From sequence record SRR22947727_447: 64,000 bases of DNA, one strand, 5' to 3'. The notes under the pieces were generated by a model. That model was not told where the DNA came from. It made no database searches and saw only the letters and a program-made list of their open reading frames with translations. Position 1 is the first letter of the stretch; each line of letters starts with the position of its first letter. Made by a program: the position numbers and the translations under genes. Shown piece after piece: positions 57,837 to 64,000 of the stretch.

Positions 57837-57976
57837 ACACTTTGTTTTTTATTTCTTTTGCATTTTTCAGAGCAGTAACGCACTTCATCCCAGTTTTTTT
57901 CCCATTTCTTTCTCCAATTAAATGGCCTCTGACACACTGTGCAAACTTTAGAAGGAAGTAAGGTCTTTTTATGCAT
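57833..57976 (-). CDS. DUF2256 small Cys-rich protein
   Basis: 47 aa from ATG 57976: LP.K.C.VC.RPF.WRKKW...W.EV.YCS.KC; ATGA overlap with the DASH gene. Confidence 0.88.
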   Translation of the reverse strand: MHKKTLLPSKVCTVCQRPFNWRKKWEKNWDEVRYCSEKCKRNKKQSV

Positions 57977-57977
57977 C

Positions 57978-58610
57978 TTATTTTTTTTGTGGTTTTGTTT
58001 CTGGTTTGGCGTATTCGTATCTAATGGGTGCAACTCCTTTAACATATCCGTCAATTCCAATTCCTGCTATGGTATTGGCTTTTGCTAAATCGATCCAGCC
58101 ATCAGGAGCTATAAATGCCTCATCCAAATAAAGCGCATTTATGGCTCCAACAACCATAATGCACCCATTTTCAATAATGGGATATTCATTCACATAAGTA
58201 CAGCTGTATCTAATAGTACTCTTCTTAACAAAGGGTGCCAGAGTACCTTCAAGGTACTCAGCTTCTAATCCTACTGTTTCAAATTCAGAAGTATTGGTGG
58301 GGTATTTTGCAGCGGTTTGGTGGGCTTTGCCTACAAAGCCCTCTTGAACATGGTTTACTGTAAACACCCCTGTTTCTTGAATGTTTTTATAGGTGTCTCT
58401 TTGAACAGTGAGTGGTCTGAATGTAAAACCTATAAGCGCTGGGTTGCTGCCAAGGTGAATGATAGAGTTAAAAACCGCCAAGTTTTTATTTCCATCACTG
58501 TCTTGTGTGCCTATTAGATTTAATGATTTATATCCAGTGCAACTGTTAATGAGGTTTGCCCTATATCTAGATGGAAGTTCCTCTAAGTCTGAGGCTTTAA
58601 ATTGTTTCAC
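57978..58610 (-). CDS. Flavin reductase-like (DIM6/NTAB) family protein
   Basis: R.NLINS.TG.K..NLIGT, NLA.F.S..H.GS.P, RDTY.NI..TG.FT.NH, AHQTAA.Y; GTG start. Confidence 0.87.
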   Translation of the reverse strand: MKQFKASDLEELPSRYRANLINSCTGYKSLNLIGTQDSDGNKNLAVFNSIIHLGSNPALIGFTFRPLTVQRDTYKNIQETGVFTVNHVQEGFVGKAHQTAAKYPTNTSEFETVGLEAEYLEGTLAPFVKKSTIRYSCTYVNEYPIIENGCIMVVGAINALYLDEAFIAPDGWIDLAKANTIAGIGIDGYVKGVAPIRYEYAKPETKPQKK

Positions 58611-58621
58611 GTTTATTTTAT

Positions 58622-58634
58622 TTTGTTAAACAAA
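58622..58634. promoter_or_regulatory. Palindromic operator candidate TTTGTT-A-AACAAA on the photolyase operon promoter
   Basis: Perfect 6-1-6 inverted repeat overlapping the -7 element and the predicted TSS. Confidence 0.45.
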
Positions 58635-58638
58635 TATA
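58631..58638 (-). promoter_or_regulatory. Bacteroidota -7 element (TATATTTG) for the flavin reductase-DUF2256-DASH-photolyase operon
   Basis: Exact match 20 nt upstream of the GTG start, downstream of a terminator. Confidence 0.6.
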
Positions 58639-58710
58639 GGAAAGGATATGGCCATAAACAGTGATATATTTTTTTTCTATTGATATAAATGCTCTTTCTT
58701 GAGCAGGGGC

Positions 58711-58739
58711 AAAAAAAAATCTCCATAAATGGAGATTTT
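58711..58739 (-). terminator. Intrinsic terminator after the DUF164 gene
   Basis: AAAATCTCCAT-aa-ATGGAGATTTT with T9 on the minus strand. Confidence 0.8.
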
Positions 58740-58766
58740 AATATAGGAGTTGTTCAAATGCTGCTA

Positions 58767-59546
58767 TTACAAACTTGCAAATAGTTTTTGCATTTTTTCT
58801 TGCTGTTCTTCAGCAAGTGTATGATCTACTAATATTCTACCAGAGTGTTCGTCTGTAATGATTTTCTTTCTAGAAGCAATCTCTACTTGAACCTGTGGTG
58901 GGATGGTGAAGAAGGACCCTCCAGAGGCACCTCGCTCTATAGCTACAACGGCTAAACCATTTTTCACATTGGTTCTTATGCGCTTGTATGCATTGATTAA
59001 TCTTTCTTCAATTTGGGTCTCGTACTCTGCAGATTTTTTAAGAAGCGCTGCTTCTTCTTTTTCTGTTTCAGCAAGAATATCGTTTAGTTCTTCTTTTTTG
59101 TGCTTAAGGTGTGTTTCTCTAGCTTCTAAACGTTCTTTAGAGTCTTCAACAACTGCCTTTTTTTGTTCCATTTGCGCTTTAAATTCGCGAATGTTTTTCT
59201 CAGCCAACTCAATTTCAAGTTCTTGAAACTCTACTTCTTTGGAAAGTGCATTAAACTCTCTTGAGTTTCTTACGTTTTTCTGTTGTTCTGCGTATTTTTT
59301 TATGGCAGACTTAGCATCCTCAATTAGATTTTTCTTTGCAGCTATTTCTACATTGATGGTTTCTAAGTCAGATTTAAGTTTTTCCATTCTGGTATTTAAT
59401 CCAGAAACTTCATCTTCAAGGTCTTCTACTTCTAAGGGAAGTTCTCCCCTCACATTTCTAATTTCGTCTACCCTTGAATCTATCAATTGAAGGTCGTATA
59501 AAGCCCTAAGCTTATCTTCTACTGTTACCTCTTTCTTTGTTGCCAT
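58767..59546 (-). CDS. Coiled-coil / C4 zinc-ribbon family protein (DUF164, COG1579-like) lacking the Cys ligands
   Basis: L..LQ.IDS, N.RE..AL.KE.E, Y.RIR, G.AVV, IPPQ, GRIL; downstream of nif3. Confidence 0.88.
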   Translation of the reverse strand: MATKKEVTVEDKLRALYDLQLIDSRVDEIRNVRGELPLEVEDLEDEVSGLNTRMEKLKSDLETINVEIAAKKNLIEDAKSAIKKYAEQQKNVRNSREFNALSKEVEFQELEIELAEKNIREFKAQMEQKKAVVEDSKERLEARETHLKHKKEELNDILAETEKEEAALLKKSAEYETQIEERLINAYKRIRTNVKNGLAVVAIERGASGGSFFTIPPQVQVEIASRKKIITDEHSGRILVDHTLAEEQQEKMQKLFASL

Positions 59547-59548
59547 AA

Positions 59549-60349
59549 TTAATAATACTTGATGGGATTGGTGTTACTCTCCGATAAAGAGACTGCAAAA
59601 TTAGGAATTTTTTTCGTAAGATAGCCCACTAAAAGATTTTTTGTAAACTGCTCACTTTCGTAGTGCCCTATATCTGCTAGTAGAATAGTATCTTCTGCTT
59701 TAAAAAAGTCGTGGTATTTTAAATCTGAAGTGACATAAACATCTGCTTTACAGTCTTTTGCGTTGTCAATAGCGAAAGCCCCACTACCACCCAACACAGC
59801 TACTTTTTTTATTTTTTTTCCATGTAATTGGGAATGTTTTATGCAAGGCGTGCCAAAAACAGCTTTCAAGTGTTTTAGGAAGTCCTTTTCCTCCATTGCT
59901 TCGGGGAGTAATCCAACCCTTCCCATTCCTAATTTCCCGGCTGGGTCTTGTGGTTTTATACTTGGGTTATTGATAAGTACTTCAACTTTTTGTAGGCCAA
60001 GGCGTTCTGCAATTTCATAATTTACACCTAGTGAAGCATTGTCTAAAGCGGTGTGCATACTATAAATGGATATACCGTATTGAATACATTTTAAGACAAC
60101 CCTAGATACATAATCGGACGGGGTCAGTTGCTTGAGTCCTCTAAAAATGATAGGATGAAAGCTTACAATCATATTGGCATTTTTTAGGATTGCTTCCTCT
60201 ACTACATTTTCCAAAGTGTCTAAACTTACTAATATTCCAGATACCTTTGTTTGTGCATCACCCACTAATAATCCTACATTGTCAAATTCTTCAGCCCAAC
60301 TTAATGGTGCTAAGTCTTCCAATATATTGGTAATATCTTTTACGGTCAT
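59549..60349 (-). CDS. Nif3-like dinuclear metal center hexameric protein (short form)
   Basis: DNVGLLVG, HPIIF, HTALD, GGSG, D.KYH, D.GHYESE. Confidence 0.93.
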   Translation of the reverse strand: MTVKDITNILEDLAPLSWAEEFDNVGLLVGDAQTKVSGILVSLDTLENVVEEAILKNANMIVSFHPIIFRGLKQLTPSDYVSRVVLKCIQYGISIYSMHTALDNASLGVNYEIAERLGLQKVEVLINNPSIKPQDPAGKLGMGRVGLLPEAMEEKDFLKHLKAVFGTPCIKHSQLHGKKIKKVAVLGGSGAFAIDNAKDCKADVYVTSDLKYHDFFKAEDTILLADIGHYESEQFTKNLLVGYLTKKIPNFAVSLSESNTNPIKYY

Positions 60350-60371
60350 AATTGTAAAATTGTGTTCTTGA

Positions 60372-60379
60372 CAAATATA
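60372..60379 (-). promoter_or_regulatory. Bacteroidota -7 element (TATATTTG) for nif3-DUF164
   Basis: Exact match 22 nt upstream of the start. Confidence 0.55.
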
Positions 60380-60399
60380 ATTATTATAATTTCGTTCCT

Positions 60400-61452
60400 A
60401 TGAAGATCAGATTGCTTTTATGGCCTTTATCACTCCTCTATGCATGGGGGTTGAGAATCAGACATCTTTTTTATGACCTAGGGTTAATTAAGAGTGTTGT
60501 TTTCAAGACCCCTACTATTTGTGTGGGAAACCTCAGTCTCGGCGGTACCGGAAAAACACCGATGATTGCTTTACTAATAGAAAACTATTTGAGCAAGGGT
60601 TTGCATATTGCTGTAGTGAGTAGGGGATATGGAAGAAAGACCCATGGTTTAATTGAAGCTAATTTTGAGTCAACTGCCAGTCAAATTGGCGACGAACCTT
60701 TTCAAATCTATAGAACATTCCCCCAGATTAGGATGGTTGTATGTGCTTCAAGAGTAAGAGCAATGGCTTATTTAGAAGCGAGTCATTTCCATGGAGTTGC
60801 AGAAAAAAAGATTTCGTTAGGGCCTAATCAATCAGGGAGTCAATCTCCACCTGATTTAGTACTCTTAGATGACGCTTTTCAGCACAGGGCCATTAAAGCG
60901 CAGTTTAATATTTTACTCACCACCTATAGCAAGCCTTTTTTTAAAGATTTTTATTTGCCAGCTGGTACTTTGAGAGACCACCAATTAAGGGTGAAAAAGG
61001 CCCAAGTTGTCGTGGTTACTAAGTCTCCTGATCCTCTAGATAAGAATAAAAATGAATCTTTTGTTTCTAGGCTAAATCTCAGACCAAACCAACCAGTGTT
61101 TTTCAGTCATTTGAAATATGCCAGCACTTTAGTAGGACTCAAGGAGCATATTTCGTTAGATACTTTAAAGGGAGAGAAAATTGTATTGGTTACTGCAATT
61201 GCTAACCCAGAACCTTTGGTCGTTTTTCTAACTTCAATAGGGGCAGTAGTGAAGCACCTCAAATATGCAGACCACCATTTTTTTACGCCAAGTGAAATTA
61301 ATTTATTGAAACAATACAATCGTATTATTTGCACCCACAAGGATTTTGTAAAGTTAAGTGATGAAATACCCCAATTGTTTTACCTCCCTGTTTCTCATGA
61401 TTTCAGTGAAAGGGACAAACAGGCTTTTTACAAAGCTTTACCTGAGGTCTGA
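60400..61452 (+). CDS. lpxK: Tetraacyldisaccharide 4'-kinase
   Basis: VGNL..GGTGKTP, SRGYGR, GDEP, LDDAFQH, P.G.LRD, DHH.F, T.KD.VK. Confidence 0.95.
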   Translation: MKIRLLLWPLSLLYAWGLRIRHLFYDLGLIKSVVFKTPTICVGNLSLGGTGKTPMIALLIENYLSKGLHIAVVSRGYGRKTHGLIEANFESTASQIGDEPFQIYRTFPQIRMVVCASRVRAMAYLEASHFHGVAEKKISLGPNQSGSQSPPDLVLLDDAFQHRAIKAQFNILLTTYSKPFFKDFYLPAGTLRDHQLRVKKAQVVVVTKSPDPLDKNKNESFVSRLNLRPNQPVFFSHLKYASTLVGLKEHISLDTLKGEKIVLVTAIANPEPLVVFLTSIGAVVKHLKYADHHFFTPSEINLLKQYNRIICTHKDFVKLSDEIPQLFYLPVSHDFSERDKQAFYKALPEV

Positions 61453-62672
61453 GTCAATAAAATAACCTGGTATAGTTCATCTTCTTCATAGGGTTTATGA
61501 AGCATGGCAGAAAAACCTATTTGGGCCAATTCTTTCCAATGATTGTCTTTTTCTAATGCAGTTAGTGCTACTATTGGAATGGAGGTATTTGTTTTTCTGA
61601 TTTCTTTAGTAGCTTCTTGGCCTGTCATTACAGGCATGTATAGATCCATGAGAACAAGGTCAAAACTTTTAGAAGCAACCCATTGAACGGCTTCAGATCC
61701 GGAGTGGCAAGGCATTGCTTTAATACCAATTTTTTCTAATGTTTTTATGGTGAGCATTTGGTTGATCAGATTGTTGTCTACCACTAAGACAGATAGATTT
61801 TCAATTAGAGCGGTATTGATTTTTTGAGGGAGCTTTACAGCCGCTGAATTTACCTTAAAACCAAGAGAAAAACTGAATTCACTCCCTTTGTTTATCTGAC
61901 TCTTTATGATTAATTGGCTGTTTAATGTTTTTAAAAGTGCCACGACAATGGGCAATCCTAGTCCACTTCCAAAAGATTTGTTTTTTGATTCTAATTGGTG
62001 AAAGTGTTTGAGGATTTCCCTTTGATCCTCTTTGAGAATTCCCTTTCCTTGGTCCAATACTTTAAAGCTAATTTCACAACTTTTATTCGTTATTTTCCGG
62101 CCTTCCAGTTTTAGTAATACTGGTTTTTTTTCTCCAAATTTTACGGCATTATTGAGTAAATTGATCAGTACCTGGGTGAGTTTTACGGGATCTCCATTGA
62201 GGTGGTTGGGTATTTTGGGATCAATATTTATTGCTATTTCAGTACCCTTGGTTGTTAATTGTTTTTTGACAGTTTTTGACACAAGGTAAACCAAGCTGTC
62301 TAATTCAAAAGATTCCTGATGCTGACCTAATTTTTTTGCATCAACTTTCTTCAATAAAAGGGAATCGTTAATTAATTTAACCAAATAATTTGAGGCCCTT
62401 TCCAGTATTTGAAGGTCTTCTATTTGCGAAGCTTTTGGTGCGTTTTCTAATAAGCTTTTAGATATGACAGTTACGGCATGTAAAGGGGTTCTTAGCTCAT
62501 GACTTAAGTGGGTGTTGTAAGCCAAGATCTCATTTGTTTTGAGGGCGTTATGGTGCTTTTCCTTTTTGTTTATGACAAGTAGGCAAACAATAACAATACA
62601 TAAAATTCCAAAAACACCAAATATCAACGACAACAGAAAAGGTGTAATTGAGATGTTAGCGGAAAGGATCAT
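61428..62672 (-). CDS. Hybrid sensor histidine kinase/response regulator with one N-terminal TM and no sensor domain
   Basis: SHELRTPL H-box, NLLNNAVKF, DQGKGI, GSGLGL; REC domain VVDNN…LMDLYMP…TA…KP. Confidence 0.88.
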   Translation of the reverse strand: MILSANISITPFLLSLIFGVFGILCIVIVCLLVINKKEKHHNALKTNEILAYNTHLSHELRTPLHAVTVISKSLLENAPKASQIEDLQILERASNYLVKLINDSLLLKKVDAKKLGQHQESFELDSLVYLVSKTVKKQLTTKGTEIAINIDPKIPNHLNGDPVKLTQVLINLLNNAVKFGEKKPVLLKLEGRKITNKSCEISFKVLDQGKGILKEDQREILKHFHQLESKNKSFGSGLGLPIVVALLKTLNSQLIIKSQINKGSEFSFSLGFKVNSAAVKLPQKINTALIENLSVLVVDNNLINQMLTIKTLEKIGIKAMPCHSGSEAVQWVASKSFDLVLMDLYMPVMTGQEATKEIRKTNTSIPIVALTALEKDNHWKELAQIGFSAMLHKPYEEDELYQVILLTQTSGKAL

Positions 62673-63685
62673 ATTGATGAGCTTGCTATTTTTCTTGTGT
62701 GTAAAATTAAGTCTACCAGCCTATTACTGTAACCTGTTTCATTGTCGTACCATCCTATGATTTTAACCATATTACCAATGACAGAGGTCATTTGGGCGTC
62801 AAATGTGCAGGAAAAAGGACTGTTATTTATGTCTACAGACACAATAGGATCTTCGGTGTAAGCTAAAATATGTTTAAATTTTCCAGCTGCCGCCTCCTTA
62901 AATTTAGTATTTATTTCAGTAATACTAGTAGGTTTTATCACATTAAATGTAATGTCGGTCAAAGAACCATTGGCTACTGGAACCCTAATGCCACAACCGC
63001 CAATCACTTCAGCCAGATCAGGAAACACCCTTGTGAGTGCTTTTGCAGCACCTGTGGTGGTCGGTACTATTGATTGCCCAGCAGCTCTGGCTCTTCTGAG
63101 GTCTCTATGGGGCTGGTCGTGCAAACTTTGGTCCGAGGTATACGAATGAATCGTAGTGATATAAGCCTCTCTGATGCCACATAAATCTTTGATTATTGCA
63201 ATCATTGGCGCCGCATTATTTGTGGTGCAAGAAGCATTAGAGATAATTTGATCACTATTTTTTAAAGTGTGTTCATTAATACCCATAATAATCATAGGGA
63301 TATTGTCTTCTTCAGGTGGTGCTGCTAAAATGACTCTTTTTACTCGGTCTTTTAGATGAAGGGATAGCATGCTTTTACGCTTGAATTTACCGGTGGCTTC
63401 TATAATTATTTCTGCTCCAGTATCCTGCCATGAAATTGACTCAATGGCTGCTTCATTAAACACAGGGACTGTTTTTTTAGCAATCATTATGGCGTGATCC
63501 AAGCCAATTACATCTGTGTCTAAGACTCCGTGTATGGAATCGTATTTTAAAAGATGGGCAAGGGTTTTTGCCGGGGCAAGATCGTTAATGGCTACTACCT
63601 CAATGGAGGGATGGTTAATTAAAAGGCGAAAGAGTGTTCGGCCAATTCGGCCAAAGCCATTAATACCTATTTTAATTTTTTTCAT
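62669..63685 (-). CDS. gap: Type I glyceraldehyde-3-phosphate dehydrogenase family protein (divergent paralog)
   Basis: INGFGRIGR, LLKYDS.HG, SNASCTTN, TTTGAAKA, RVPV, WYDNE.GYS. Confidence 0.88.
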   Translation of the reverse strand: MKKIKIGINGFGRIGRTLFRLLINHPSIEVVAINDLAPAKTLAHLLKYDSIHGVLDTDVIGLDHAIMIAKKTVPVFNEAAIESISWQDTGAEIIIEATGKFKRKSMLSLHLKDRVKRVILAAPPEEDNIPMIIMGINEHTLKNSDQIISNASCTTNNAAPMIAIIKDLCGIREAYITTIHSYTSDQSLHDQPHRDLRRARAAGQSIVPTTTGAAKALTRVFPDLAEVIGGCGIRVPVANGSLTDITFNVIKPTSITEINTKFKEAAAGKFKHILAYTEDPIVSVDINNSPFSCTFDAQMTSVIGNMVKIIGWYDNETGYSNRLVDLILHTRKIASSSI

Positions 63686-63700
63686 CTAAAGTTTGTGCTG

Positions 63701-64000
63701 TTAGAGCATGTGTTTGTGTGCCTTGTAAGAAGACCGCACTAATGCACCACTTTCTACATGCCTAAAGCCCATTTCTAAGCCAATTGTTTCGTATTTCTTA
63801 AACTGTTCAGGAGTGATGAATTCTGTTACTGGTAAGTGATTTTTTGAAGGTTGTAAGTACTGGCCAATAGTCACTACGTCTACTTGGGCATTTCTTAAAT
63901 CCCTAAGGGTCTCAATGACCTCTTCTTCTCTTTCACCAAGTCCTAACATAATACCAGACTTTGTTCTGTTTATCCCAGATTTTTTAAGGTAGGCTAAGAC
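63701..64000 (-). CDS. lipA: Lipoyl synthase, 3' part (5' end beyond window)
   Basis: [32 protein letters not shown]; frame open to the window edge. Confidence 0.95.
   Translation of the reverse strand, partial: VLAYLKKSGINRTKSGIMLGLGEREEEVIETLRDLRNAQVDVVTIGQYLQPSKNHLPVTEFITPEQFKKYETIGLEMGFRHVESGALVRSSYKAHKHML

Noticed and set aside
57977..58060. Extended N-terminus of DUF2256 in the ORF track
   Set aside because: Overlaps the flavin reductase 3' end; ATG 57976 gives the typical ~47-aa protein
780..63149. The many 60-150 aa ORFs antisense or out-of-frame within long genes (e.g. 780-1139, 5054-5497, 6978-7376, 22824-23210, 48218-48625, 56520-56756, 58903-59226)
   Set aside because: Shadow ORFs fully overlapping well-supported genes, with no recognisable motifs
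1..64000. CRISPR array, tRNA/rRNA genes, IS/integrase, prophage or anti-phage defence genes
   Set aside because: No regularly spaced repeat-spacer units, cloverleaf/T-loop motifs, or transposase, recombinase or phage motifs seen; nearly all sequence is accounted for by recognisable core genes

Overview
This AT-rich, gene-dense 64 kb window is almost certainly from a Bacteroidota / Flavobacteriaceae chromosome. The evidence is a 287-aa primary sigma factor without region 1.1, TAnnTTTG -7 promoters, no obvious Shine-Dalgarno motifs, and T9SS genes (PorP/SprF, PorT, DUF5103). Na+-NQR, two photolyase/cryptochrome genes, very short spacers and overlapping convergent genes suggest a streamlined, sunlit marine lineage (inference). 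Content is mostly core genome: RND/TolC-tsaB, mscS-nfu, fabD, rpe-ypdA, rpoD, pnp-rpsO, accD-fbaA-tamL, porT-menG, trkAH, rsmG-cysE-cysM, pruA, nqrA-F-apbE, map-gpmI, a pepE/M1 peptidase locus, tatA, kynU, clpP, a light-repair operon, nif3-lpxK, a hybrid kinase, gap and lipA (partial). I saw no rRNA, tRNA, CRISPR array, transposase, integrase, prophage or defence system, and I cannot claim a wholly new multi-gene system. The best leads are: (1) three unrelated proteins (AccD, a SAM methyltransferase, the DUF164 protein) whose C4 zinc-ribbon cysteines are all replaced; (2) a possible catalytically dead YraN/PD-(D/E)XK-like protein between nqrF and apbE; (3) structured leaders upstream of pnp, trkA and an NRAMP-like transporter; (4) an ECF-type promoter upstream of rpoD; (5) a palindromic operator candidate on the photolyase operon promoter. 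All calls come from motif recognition by eye; no database searches were run.
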